Source: Leucoraja ocellata
Taxonomy: Eukaryota
Reading direction: 5' to 3'
DNA length: 64,000 bases
Assembly (NCBI GenBank): GCA_036785375.1
Contig: JAWMAR010000471.1
Coordinates: 744,001 to 808,000 of the forward strand
The notes beneath the pieces were generated by a model. It searched no databases, was not told the DNA's origin, and saw only the letters and a list, made by a program, of their open reading frames with translations. Of the stretch, positions 12,573 through 25,100 are shown piece after piece (within the stretch, counting starts at the first letter, position 1; each line of letters opens with the position of its first letter). The position numbers and the translations under genes were made by a program.

Positions 12573-12610
12573 CACAGTGATGGAAACAAGTTAAGCCCCT
12601 TACAAAAACA
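12573..12610 (+). other. V(D)J recombination signal sequence (23-class, 22-bp spacer)
   Basis: Perfect heptamer CACAGTG at 12573-12579, 22-nt spacer, nonamer ACAAAAACA at 12602-12610 (8/9 match to ACAAAAACC). Confidence 0.9.
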
Positions 12611-14431
12611 TCGCTTTTGTCTTGCTCTCTGCTCCGCTCATGCGGTAGGATGTGCCTGCTTTCCTTTTCTTTCTCAGTTGTCGGTTTGCTTTCATTGTGT
12701 GCAGGTGTCCTGGTGGTTTTATTGTTTCCAACTGTGAGCTGCTTCTCCGGAATCCGTTTCCATAACATTAGCCGCGAGCTGCAGAGAATTACAAGAACTC
12801 TTATGACAGCGGGATATAACATGTGACCAGAGATCTGAAACGTGTGTTCTGTTTCATTCTCTCTCAGTCCTGGGTAACCTGGTTAATAACGGCAGAATTT
12901 TATGTTTTAATCAGACAAACTAGGTTGTCACTGGATGGAGGATTGGCTGGCCCGGAATTGTCACAATTACGTTAACCAATTCCACTTCACCAACACCCTG
13001 GCAGACTTTCTAATTTCAGGTGGTCATTGGCCTTCACTTATTGCAGAAAAATCGTCCGGGACGCGGGAAGAATAGGAAGTCAATAAACCAAACTATTTAC
13101 CGCAAATGGCGGATGCAGTAATGCAGATGGATAGTTCACCATTGGGCCTTGCTAAGTAATCCAGATCTTTGTCGCTGGATATATCACTAGACACCAGATG
13201 CATAGCTACAGTAACTGCTAAAATAAATACCCTGATGGATATGCCCGTGAGGTAAGTAAAATTAAACCCTTTGAATACGCCTGGCGCCTTTCCCAATGGG
13301 TGACTGCACAAATGTGCAAATACCTTAATGCAGTAATTACTGTTTTTGTTCCATGAGCCGGTACTGAATTACTTCTCTGCATCGCTATAGTCTGGGAATT
13401 CCTCCACAACAGCAACATGACAACACCTTCACTAGATCATAGCTCTACTATACTCCCTCGAGGGACTTCGCAAAAAGGATAGTTTGAGCAGTGTAGGAAT
13501 AAATTAGGCGGCATAGTGTCGTAGCTGGAGAGTTGCTCCCTTACACTGAAGACCCACCGGAAGGTAAACTAATTCCTAAGTGGGACAGGGGCATTACACT
13601 GTCAGAGTCTCGTTTAGATCCTGAGTACGGTGCTGACAGTAACAATTTAGTAAATTCTCCCGTTTGGACAAAATGGCGGCGCCTCGCGGCAGCGGCCCCT
13701 ACGGTCTGTCTGTCTTTTATTTCTTTTAGCCTTGTTAGGTGTATGTTTTGGTTTATTAGCTCTGTTTGTGTGTGTGGAGGGAGGACGTTTGCAGGGGGGG
13801 GGGGGGTGGGTGTGGGGCGGGGGAAGGGGGGCTTTTAAATCTCTTCCCTGTACGGGGACTCGAACTCGACCTTTTCCCTGTCGAGTCTCCGTTGTCGTTG
13901 GGGACTAACATCGTGCAGCCGGCGGGGTCCAATCGGAATCGCCCCGGGGCTCCAGTCGCACACCCTGCGGACTCACCATCGCGGAGCGGTCCGACGTCGG
14001 AGCGCGGAGCGCTGTGGCGACGCGCGGCTGCGACCCTGTGGGCGGTAACATCGGGAGCTCGCAGGTCCCTGGCGGGAGACCGTTTTTCGGAGCTTGCGCA
14101 ACGGCAACATCTCCCGCTCGAATCGAGGGGTTTAAATCGACCCGTAGCAGGACTCTCTATCGCCCGACGCGGCGCGGTCCTTACCATCGCCCCCCGGGGG
14201 CTCCAACATCAAAAGCCTCGATCAGCTCGATGCAGCAATTTGACTGCTAGACTGCGGAAGAAGAATAAAGGACAGAGAAGGGAAGACATAATGCTTTTGC
14301 CTCCCATCACAGTGAGGAGTTGTTTGGAGATTCACTGTGATGGATGTTTGTGTGCAATTGAGATAATTTTTTTTTTTTGTTGTTGTTATGACTGCAGGGA
14401 CGTAATTTCGTTTGAACCTATGTTTAAATGG

Positions 14432-14578
14432 CAGTCCAACCTCACGGTGTGCATGTGGTGAGCAGCAAACAATGATGCATGTCCTCAACAAAGACTCAAA
14501 GGAGGACTTGTCACCCTTCATACAGCAGATCAAGAGGCAACTGCTTGGCTAAAGGACTTTGCATTAGCTAAATAAATA
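14432..14578 (+). mobile_element. Short 5'-truncated LINE 3' end (Vingi/I-clade-like) inserted in a repeat
   Basis: CACGEQQTMMHV..GGLVTLHTA..ATAWL remnant, (TAAA)n tail and approximate TSD aatggca/aatgaca; absent from the paralogous 7400 region. Confidence 0.45.
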
Positions 14579-15304
14579 ATGACAATAAACCGCATTCTGA
14601 TTCCGATTCTGATTCTGATGACTGCCTGGGTTTTCTCCGGGTGCTCCGGATTCTTCTCAGACTCGAAATGCGTATTTTTTTAACATCTGCAAATTGTAAC
14701 TTGTTTCCAGCTTGTAGTGCAGTGCTACTGTATGGGGTGATCGTTGGGATGCGTAGATTATGTGGGACGAAGGGCCTGTGTCCACGGCGGACATTTGATA
14801 TCTTGAGCCTATATTCATTGGGCGGAGGAGGCTGAGTGTATGAAATCATTATCGATTGGACAACGTGAATTACACGTGAATCACAGTGGGAAACTTTGAT
14901 TCTGCTGTGTGGGAATGTTTTATGTTGGACTCTATCGTGTGTTGTGTTCTTTATTTAATTGTATGGTTATATGGTGACCACACATTTCACTGTACCAACT
15001 GGTACATGTGACAAATAAATGTATCTTGTATCTTGTACTTTACCCAGAGTTGGAGTATCAAGAACCAGAGGAATTAGGTTTTATGGCGAGAAGGGAAATA
15101 TTTAACTGGAACGGGAAGGAAACGTTTGCTCCTGAGAAGGCGATGTGTATCAATTGGGGTCCTTGTACATCACCCACTGAAAGTAAGTATGCAGATACAG
15201 CAGGCAGTGGAGAAAGATAATTGCACGTTGGCCTTCATAACAAGTGTAATTGAGTATATGAGCAAAATATGGTCATTCTGATTCAGATTCAGATTCTGAT
15301 TCAC

Positions 15305-16213
15305 TTACGACTGAACACCATCATCAAGTATGCAGATGATACAACGGTGATTGGCCTCATCAGCAACAATGACGAGTCGGCCTATAGGGAGGAGGTCCAG
15401 CTCCTAGCACCATGGTGCGCTGACAACAACCTGGGTATTTAACTCCAAGAAGACCAAGGAGCTCATTGTAGATTTCAGGAAGTCTAGGGGCGCCACGCGC
15501 ACCCCCATCCACATCAAGGTGGAACGTGTTTCCAGCTTCAGGTTCCTGGGGGTCAACATCTCCGATGACCTATCTTGGATCCACAATATCTCAACTCTGG
15601 TCAAGAGGGCTCACCAGCGTCTCTTCTTCCTGAGGAGACTGAAGAAGGTCCACCTGTCTCCTCAGATTCTGGTGAACTTCTACCGCTGCACCATCGAGAG
15701 CATCCTTACCAACTGTATCACAGTATGGTTTGTCAACTGCTCTGTGTCCGACCGGAAAGCACTGCAGAGGGTGGTGAAAATTGCCCAACGCATCACCGGT
15801 TCCACACTCCCGTCCCTTGAGTCTGTCCAAAGCAAACGTTGTCTGCGAAGGGCGCTCAGCATCACCAAGGACTGCTCTCACCGCAACCATGGACTGTTTA
15901 CCCACATACCATCCGGGATGCGCTACAGGTCTCTCCTTTGCCGGAAAAGCAGGTCCAGGAACAGCTTCTTCCCTGCGGCTGTCACACTACTCAACAATGT
16001 ACCTCGGTCACCCCCACCCCTTCCACCCGCCCGGACACTCCTCCCACAGGAAAAACACCACGACTGTATGCATGTAAATAGATTTATTTATTGGAATCGT
16101 ATTCTATGTTGCTCTTCCAGGGAGATGCTAACTGCATTTCGTTGTCTCTGTACTGTACACTGACAATGACAATTAAAGTTGAATCTGAATCTGAATTTGA
16201 ATCTGAATCTGAA
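15305..16213 (+). mobile_element. Rex1/Babar-like LINE 3' fragment
   Basis: IIKYADDT, FRFLGVNIS, QRLFFLRRL, FYRCTIESIL; (TGAATC)n tail. Confidence 0.85.
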
Positions 16214-16771
16214 TATGTGAATATAATGGAGCGGCTGGGCTTGTATACACTGGAATTTAGTAGGATGAGAGGAGATATTTTTGAAACATAATAGATTATT
16301 AAGGGATTGGACACGTTGGAGGCGAATTCAGCGGAGGTGTTCAACGAAACGATCCTGCACGTTGCCGAGGATTGTGCCTGTTAATTTACTTGCCACAGTC
16401 GAGCCCCCTAACTTAAAAATTAACACATGTGTTTGTGCAATAAATTAGTTTATGGGCCTGGAAGCAGAGAGAGAAGATACTGCAGACAGGACGGAGATGG
16501 AATATAGCTGATTAGCTTCCTTTGAATAGACAATATGTGCAGCAGTAGTCCATTCGGCCCTTCGAGCCAACACCGCCATTCATTGTGATCATGGCTGATC
16601 ATCCCCAATCAGTACCCCGTTCCTGCATTCTCCTCATATCCCCTGACTCCGATATTTTTAAGAACCCTCTCCAGCTCTCTCTTGACAGTATCCAGAGAAC
16701 CGACACCCTGAGGCAGAGAATACCACATACTCACCACACTGTGTGAATATTTGTTTCATCATCTACATCTA

Positions 16772-17552
16772 AATAGGACGTACAAGGTAAATGGTAGGGA
16801 ATTGAAGAATGCAGGTGAACAGAGGGATCAGGGAATAACTGTGCACAGTTTCCTAAAAGTGGAATTTCATATAGATAGGGTGGTAAAGAAAGATTTTGGT
16901 GTGCTGGCCTTTAGAAATCAGAGCATTAAGTATAGAAGTTGTGATGTAATGTTAAAATTGTACAAGGCATTGGTGAGGCCAATTCTGTAGTATGGTGTAC
17001 AATTTTGGCCGCCTAATTATAAGAAGGATGTCAACAAAATAGAGGGAGTACAGAGGAGATATAGAGGGAGTACTAGAATGTTGCCTGGGTTTCAGCAACT
17101 AAGTTACAGAGAAAGGTTGAACAAGTTAGGGCTTTATTCTTTGGAGCGCAGAAGGTTAAGGGGGGTCTTGATAGAGGTGTTTAAATGATGAGAGGGATAG
17201 AGAGAGTTGACGTGGATAAGCTTTTTCCACTGAGAGTAGGGAAGATTCAAACAAGGGGACATGACTTGAGAATTAAGGGACAGAAGTTTAGGGGTAACAT
17301 GAGGGGGGACTTCTTTACTCAGAGAGTGGTGGCAGTGTGGAATGAGTTTCCAGTGAAGGTGATGGAGGCAGGTTCGTTTTTATCATTTAAAAATAACTTG
17401 GATAGTTATATGGACGGGAAAGGAATGGAGGGTTATGGTCTGAACGCAGGTATATGGGACTAGGGCAGCATACGTGTTCGGCACGGACTAGACGGGTCGA
17501 GATGGCCTGTTTCCGTGCTGTAATTGTTATATGGTTATATGGTTATATGGTT
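16772..17552 (+). mobile_element. CR1 LINE 3' fragment with (ATATGGTT)n tail, inserted in an older minus-strand CR1 (16530-17755)
   Basis: ORF2 C-terminal motifs, octamer tail, flanking TAAAT duplication. Confidence 0.82.
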
Positions 17553-18847
17553 AAATGGCTTAACCCTTATTCTTAAACAGTGGCCCTGGTTCTGGGCTCC
17601 CCCAACATCGGGAACAATTTTCCTGCCTCTGGCGTGTCCAACCACTCAATAACATTATATGTTTCAATAAGATGCCCTCTCATCCTTCTAAACTCCAGTG
17701 TATACAAGCTCAGTCGCTCCATTCGTTCAACATATGTCAGTCCAGCCATCCCGGTTAGAACCGACCGTTGGGAAAATCAAAGTTCTGACAGTCTACCCTA
17801 TCCACGCATATCAAGAACTAATGTAAACTAAATAAAATAGCCCGCTGTACAAATTGGTGACCAGTAGCAAAGCCATTAGTGAATGTCTTTGCCAATTCGG
17901 CAAGATGGACACATTTAATAAGAACAGCGTGTTTTAGAGTCGCAGTTGCTCATTTACCGGAGTGGTGGCTGGATTAGCGGTACAGGGAGAGATTGGTCAT
18001 ATTTGGATTCTTTCCCTCTGGAATGTCGGAGATTGCAGGAAGATCTGTTTGAGGTGTGTAAAGTTATGAGAGGCTGCGATAGGGTCTGATCCCCCAACGC
18101 ACCCGTTCCCCACCCGTAGCCCCCACAGGAGGCGTGGTCCCCCAACTCAAGCCGTTCCCGAACGTCAGTGAAGCTGATCACTGCTAGCCGAGCCATTGTG
18201 ACGTCATCAGTTGAAGATAGTCGTTTTCAATTCAGGCTTTTGATTTTGTTTTAAACTTTAATCAGTAATGTCGAGAAATAAAGCATAACATGTTCAGCGA
18301 AGGTATTTTCGGCCTCGAGAGGGAAAATGTCAACCTGAATATGTAAAAATGTAATCATTACCGCGTCGGGAGCGGAGGATTTGGAAAGAGAGTACTCAAC
18401 TCAAATTTGGAGCTATACAAATCTCAGCCGCCATCGGTGAAGAAAATAAATTAATTAATTTCTCACATTTCCTTGCGCTGCAGGAGGAGATACATCCGAC
18501 TGTGAGCACTCACTCGAATCTCCAATAGGCAGAGCTCCAGCGTCAGCGCTGTATCAATGGAGGAGGGACATTAATGCAAATCGATTCAGCATCTCTTACC
18601 ACACAGGCGAACTTACTCACTTTACCGCCCCCTACTGGACACTAGCTTGTTACACACTGCTTGCATTAAAATATAATTAGTAATGCCAACTTGTATGAAT
18701 AACACCCACTCACTACCTTTGGCTGCATCTGGTACTGAATTACTAATTGTACTGAAAACCGAAAGGCTCTGTAAGAAGCAACGAGGCATTACATTCAGTG
18801 CGAACAACAAATATAAAATGGAACTATCATTAACGTAATGTAAAGTC

Positions 18848-19356
18848 GGACAGATCCTGACCAACTTTTACCGCTGTACCATCGAAAGCATCCTGACCAC
18901 CTGCTTCACGGTATGGTACAGCAGTTGCACCGTAGCGGACCGGAAGGCACTAGAACGGGTGGTTAAAACCGCTCAGTACATCATCGGTGCCCCGCTCCCT
19001 GCCATGGATGCCCTGCACGGAAAACGGTGTCTGAGACGGGCCGGGAAGTTCATCAAAGACCCCTCCCACCCTAACCATGGACTGTTTGCCCACCTCCCAT
19101 GAGGGAGGCGGTACAGGAGCCTCGGGCTCGTAGTAGTAGGATGAGGAACAGCTTCTACAACAACACTATCACATTGCTGAACTCCAAGTCCCGCCGATAG
19201 ATTTCTCCAGTCTCTCCGTCGACATTGTTTGCTTATTCTGTATTTATATTTCTATGTTGCACTATTACTACGGTCTGACGCTAAACTGCATTTCGTTGTA
19301 CCCGTACTTGTATCTGTGCAATGACAGTAAAGTTGAATTGAACTGAATTGAATTGA
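18848..19356 (+). mobile_element. Rex1/Babar-like LINE 3' fragment
   Basis: NFYRCTIESILT..DPSHP; (AATTG)n tail. Confidence 0.8.
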
Positions 19357-20061
19357 AATGTTGCAGGAAGAATTGTACTTACTCACCTTACAGCCCACTA
19401 ATGCACACTAGCTTGTGACACTCTGCTTCCATTAAAAAAATATAGTTAGTAATGACAACTTGTTTGAACGGCTCCCACTACCTTTGGCTGCATCTGGTGC
19501 AGAATTACTAATTGTACTGAAAGCCGAAGGCCTCTGTAAGAAGCAATGAGGCATTACATTCAGTGCGAGAAACAAATATAAAATAGAACTCTCACTAACG
19601 TAAATGTTGCTACAAGAATTTTATTAAACACATTGGTGCACCGGGCATTTACATACGTAACCATGGAACGGCTCAAAGAATTGTAGAGGAATGGAGCATG
19701 CAATGTTTAGGACCATAACTCTATGTCTGTTTTCATTGCGTGCTGGAGACGTTGCACTGGATTCAAAGGAGGGTGGAGACAGTTAACGGCGAGGCTCAAT
19801 TCCGGAATCATTGGAGGTCTGCTCCAATACAACATAACACTCGTTCCACGTGGCCGCCCTTCCCATTGGGCACTTTGAACAACGCGCCCGTGTTGCATGT
19901 TAAATAGATGGCCAAATGTACATTCCAGTGCATGGGGACGCGTTCAGAATGTATTTCTCAGCTATGTTTTTGAAAATTGATGCGGAAAGCTTTGAGACAA
20001 AACTCCTTCATTACCTAGTTTCTGCACTGACTCACGGTGGGATTAGTAATGTAATGTTACT

Positions 20062-22416
20062 TTACACCCGGTTTCTCGATTTTATTAAACTTACAGTTAG
20101 GGTGAAGGGGTACATGAGTACCTGGAACAGCTGCTCTCTGAACCTCCTCTGGGTCACGGTGTAAATGAGCGTGTTTGTGCAGGTGTTCAACAGTTGTAGC
20201 AGAATTCCAGTTTGTTCAAATGTTGCAAATCGGTTCATCAACCCCCTGAACATAAATGCATTCGTAATTCGATAGAAAACGAAATATACTACAGTTGTGC
20301 CCCAGAGCAGCATAAAACTGCTGGAGATTGCAAGGAGTAAAATTACGGACCGTCTACGGTTTGCGATCTCGGGGTCCTCACCACTGAGATCGCGGAGTTT
20401 TCTGCGGACACGACTGGCCACTAAAATGCGTCTGACTGTGAGCACGTTCATCATCATAATCAAACAAAATGGAATGACTGGGACTACCAGCTGTTGAGTC
20501 CAGGAAAATGCTATCCACGAGGATAGGCTATAAAACTGATATCGTATTTGGCAACCCCACTGTATACCATGCTGATCCCTGAGATAATAAATGTACGCAA
20601 AAGGCCAGGGGACGTTCTGTAAACAGAAGAACGCAGTTAGGGTCACTATAACCACCAGCGCGGTTCTCTCGGTGCAGTATCTGGTTCTCAGATTCTGAGT
20701 GGAAATGGCCACAAAGCGATCAAATGTGAAAGCGACCGTGAGCCAAACAGAACAGGCAACGGCCGCGGGAGCGAGGAACATAATGGACCTGCACACAGTA
20801 TTGTGTAAGAGGAATGAGTGCCCCCAGTAAAGGTCGGCAATCCGATGTAATATCACTTCGCAGACGATCACCGTGAGGTCCACAGTCGCCATGGCCACCA
20901 GGTACCGAGTGGTGCATTTGGAGAGACCACAATTTCTGCGCGACAGGATCACAATCGCCAGCAAGTTCACTGGGGGTGTAGAAAAGAGGAAACTCGTTAC
21001 ATGTAATGGACACGCGATGCAAATTTGAAGGCGGGGGTCAAACTTGGGTTACGCTTTGCTTATTTGTTCGAAAACAACTGCCCACATGCAAACCTGTGTG
21101 CGTGCTAAGGAGCTGTGCGGATTAATTAGCAGCGGTCTACGCAGGTAGCGTGAGCTGTCTCCCAGCCACCCGTGATGCACCGCAGACTGCATATTGCAGC
21201 AACATTTCCGCATCAGACGCCGTCGTCCTGGACCTAAACCCTTCCCGGGAACAGCCGGGCAACAAGGAGTCGAAAGTCGGATTCCCAATCTCCGCTGGAG
21301 AACTTGCCTTCAACACTACTCCCATCCAAACCCATTGATAAACCCCAGAGCCCAGCGATCAGTGCACCAGCTTGCGAATGGATACTCAACTTCCTAAAGA
21401 ATGAACCGATAGAATTAGTGGTAACACACAATAATTCTCAACAACGGTGCCGCACAAAGCTTGTTGTGGGGCCATCTATGCCCCATAAAGAATAAATTGC
21501 ACAGGGTTCTGGAAGACGCCGGGTCCATATCACGAAATGGACTCCGCACTGTTGACTGCGTTCGCACTTCACAATCCCTTGGAAACGGAGACATGTTTCA
21601 CCCCGCTCATTCCTTCTACTTCCTGCTCTCGTCGGGCAGAAAATGGAGAAGGCTTAAAGCTCGCTCCACCAGACTGCAGAACAGCTCTTTCCCCTCTGTT
21701 CTCAGGCTTCTGAGCCGCTCTTCCATATGCCAGGGCATTGCCGTTTCACCTATATCCCCTTGCGGACATTGGGCTTTGTGGATGTGATACGCTGCAGTGC
21801 GCTCCCAAACTTGAACTACGCTCTGCAATCCGATTTCCCCTTTTACATTCCCTGTTACTGAGATTGAATTGTTTGTACTGTTATTCAATATTATTTGACC
21901 TAATTTTGATGTCTTGCAAACCATAGCTTTTTGCAGCTCCCGGAGAGACATGACAACAATGCACCTAAACCTGAAGAGAATTAACCTGCGCCAGATCCAA
22001 TGAACGACCAACGATCAATTAGCTTAACAAAGGAATAGGTGACGTTTCGGGTCGAGACCCTTCTTCAGACTGATCAGTCTCGACCCGAAACGTCACCTAT
22101 TCTTTCGCTTCCTAGATGCCGCTTAACCCGCTGTCTAATTCTCCAGCATTTTGTCTAGATTCGATTATCTCCAGCAACTGCAGTAATTTCTTAAACAAAC
22201 ATTTTCTAGTTAATACAGCCCTAACCTGAAGAATGCAGTCTAGCATTCCCGTGTTTCGCACACTATTTACACTTTACCTTTGACATTGTCTTTATCAACA
22301 CATCATACCACATCTCATTCCCACTTACAGCGTTCCCTTGACCTACCGGGTACTCCGATTGCTGCCAGAATTGGATAATAATAATATTCAACTTCCAAAT
22401 GCCGCTTCCAACCCAT
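20062..22416 (-). CDS. GPR139-like GPCR, copy 2 (exons 22416-22347 and 20969-20062)
   Basis: Same 70-nt exon 1 (MGWKRHLEVEYYYYPILAAIGVP) with GT donor, CAG acceptor at 20972-20970 and an uninterrupted 7TM exon-2 ORF. Confidence 0.9.
22032..22102 (-). ncRNA. Same hammerhead-like inverted repeat in GPCR2 intron (core 22068-22041)
   Basis: Identical core on the minus (gene-sense) strand. Confidence 0.55.
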
Positions 22417-24479
22417 TTTTCCTTCAAGCCGTCCGCAGTTATGCAGTGCAAAACTTATAGGAGTTAAAGTGAGAAGTCAAACAGCGCTATATTTATATTC
22501 TTAGAAACACTTAAGGATTTCGTGCGTTCACCTCCCCGCGGACATTTATTGTGGACCGTTGAACAAATAGTTTGCTCCCATGTGATGCAAAGCGATCAAA
22601 CTCATTATGCGACCGCTCACTACTCAGGCACCAGCTGAGCACCAACAGAACTAAGGAACTGTAAAATACGAGTGAACAGTCTATTTTTAACTTTTAACGC
22701 GTGGCACACAGATGCAGCAAAATTCGTGTCATGTATCATTTATGCACACAAGCTACGATGTAATACAGTATATTACTTGTCGAATTTGCAATGCATTTTC
22801 CAGACACCGTTCCCATCATTTAATATGCACCCATTAATAATTTCATCTTGCATTATCCGTGTAGCTGCCTTTCAAACGGAAAGATAATCATTTTTGGCAG
22901 GGTCTAAATGATGTAAACCACAGGGAACCTTCTAGACGACATCGTATACAATTCAGCTACAACAGCAGCATTAATGTATTTCAACTGTTGCCACTTCATG
23001 AAGTAAAGAATAAGCGAATATAATGTGTAATGTGACAACTGACTGGAAATATACAACGGCTAGAAATATTTTTGATCAACAGATTATCTTTAAAGACATG
23101 TGTTAATTCATAAAACACAGAGGTGAACAGCATTTGATGTTATTCCAGATATTAGGGAGAAATCTTCTCAATTCAATGATCCGTTGGAGATATCAAGAAT
23201 GTTGATGTACAAGATGATTGAATCGGTTAAGGAGAATCTCACCGGCTGTAAATGTTTGGGGATAGATCATCCTGAAGAAAGTCTTGACCAAAGAAAGAAG
23301 TGTCATGTTTGCTGCACTCGACCTAAGCAATTCACAGACAAAACCTTCACAGAGCAGTACACCACAGGAGGAGGGATATTATTTTTCGAAATAATTTATT
23401 AAGGATCCATTTAAACTAGGGATTATGCAACTCTCCTCACACGAATGGTACTAATATTGGACAGTGTGAATTATGAGATGGACTGCAGAATGCAGAAACT
23501 GTATCTCTCAGCAGCGAATAAAACTATGAGGAGTTATGCAGAATTAAATTATGACAAGGTGATCAGTTGAAATATTTTAATGTGTTCCTCGGATGTAGGT
23601 CTCTAAAAGAGGACAGGAGTATAAAATAAGACGGTAAATATTTAAAGGGACGCAGCGCATACTCTCCCTCACGGGGGGGGGGGGGGGGGGGGGGTGGGCA
23701 GGTATATTGAACCAACTCTCACTGTAAGTGGTAGTTGCATGTTACACAGCACAGCAACAGGGCCTTTTCTCCATCTTGTTCATGAACAATTTGCTTCCAA
23801 CCAATGCGAGTCAATTTGAATGTGGATGGTAGGATTTTTCCTCCTCAGCCAGCTGGATGTGTGGGCTTATTTCACTGCTGTAATCGCACGCAGTTGGGTG
23901 TAAGTGGAGTTTAACAATTTGGTCTGGGACGTTGGCGAGACCGCACGTGCGATGTTCTCCAGATCGCAATATGTTCGCATTGATACAATTAATCTGCGGA
24001 GTGGCAGCGTATTAACGGCAACGTTTGTGCAGGACTGGAGACGTTCAATTCCGAGAGAGACTGTATAGGTCAGGATATTTCAATTCTCTGAAACGAACGA
24101 TGTGGTGAATTGACATTTCACGTTGTGGACGTTACCACGAGAGACAATATAATCAAGACAGACGTCGATATGCCGAATGTTCTTCCAAATTAGCAGAAAG
24201 ATAGATTTAGTAACGTTGAAGACTCGGATGTTAACTCCAGAAACGTGTGCCTTGCACAAGCGGAAAGTGACTTGTTGTTCTTCGATCTTGGCATAGAGTT
24301 CTAGTGTCATACATCGTGAAAAATAGTCCTCCGGCACAACCTGCCCACGATGACCAATGTCCCCCATCTGCACACCACACCTGTCTACGAGTGGCCCATA
24401 TTCCTCTGAACATATCTTATCCATGTACTTGTCGCATTATTTCTTAAACGTTGCGACAGTACCTGCCTCAACTACATCC

Positions 24480-25100
24480 TTGAAGACTGGACCCTTGAAG
24501 ACGGAAAAAATGAATTTATTATGGGGTACAAGGAAATGGCAGACGAGTTGAACAGGTACGTTGGATCCGTCTTCACTAAGGAGGACACAAACAATGTTCC
24601 TGATGTAGTAGTGGCCAGAGGATATGGGTGACGAAGGAACTGAAATACATCCACATTAGGCATGAAATGGTGTTGGGTAGACTGATGGGACTGAAGGCTG
24701 ATAAATCCCAAAGGCCTGATAGTCTGCATCCCAGGGCTCTTAAGGAAATGGCTCTAGAATTCGTGGTTGCATTGGTGATAATTTTATAATGTTCCATAGA
24801 TTCAGGATCAGTTCCTGTGGATTGTAGGGTAGCAAATGTTATCGCACTTTTTAAGAATGGCGGGAGAGAGAAAACAGGGAATTATAGATCAGTTAGCCTG
24901 ACATCGGTGGTGGGGAAGATGCTGGAATCAATTATAAAAAGACGAAATAGCGGCACATTTGGATAGCAGTGACAGGATCGGTCCGAGTCAGCATGGATTT
25001 ACGAAGGGGAAATCATACTTGACTAATCTTCTGGATTTTGTTTAAGGATGGTAGTAGGAAAATGGACAAGGGAGAGCCAGTGGGTGTAGTGTACCTGGTC
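24480..25100 (+). mobile_element. CR1 ORF2 fragment
   Basis: GLKADKS, NYRSVSLTS and SQHGFTKGKS remnants. Confidence 0.8.

Larger units (their letters stand above)
13573..24085 (-). repeat. Right arm of inverted segmental duplication
   Basis: Mirror of 1-8412, with arm-specific retroelement insertions at ~15305-16213, ~16772-17552 and ~18848-19356. Confidence 0.85.

Noticed and set aside
13341-13368. Possible J-type 12-RSS (TGTTTTTGT, 12 nt, TACTGAA) and a nearby GAG|GTAAGT donor at ~13250
   Set aside because: The heptamer lacks the essential terminal GTG, no FGxG J sequence follows, and the donor is upstream of the motif rather than downstream.
13756-14461. 231-aa and 143-aa GC-rich ORFs
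   Set aside because: Stop-poor GC-rich repeat; frame not conserved in the paralogous 7690-8315 copy.
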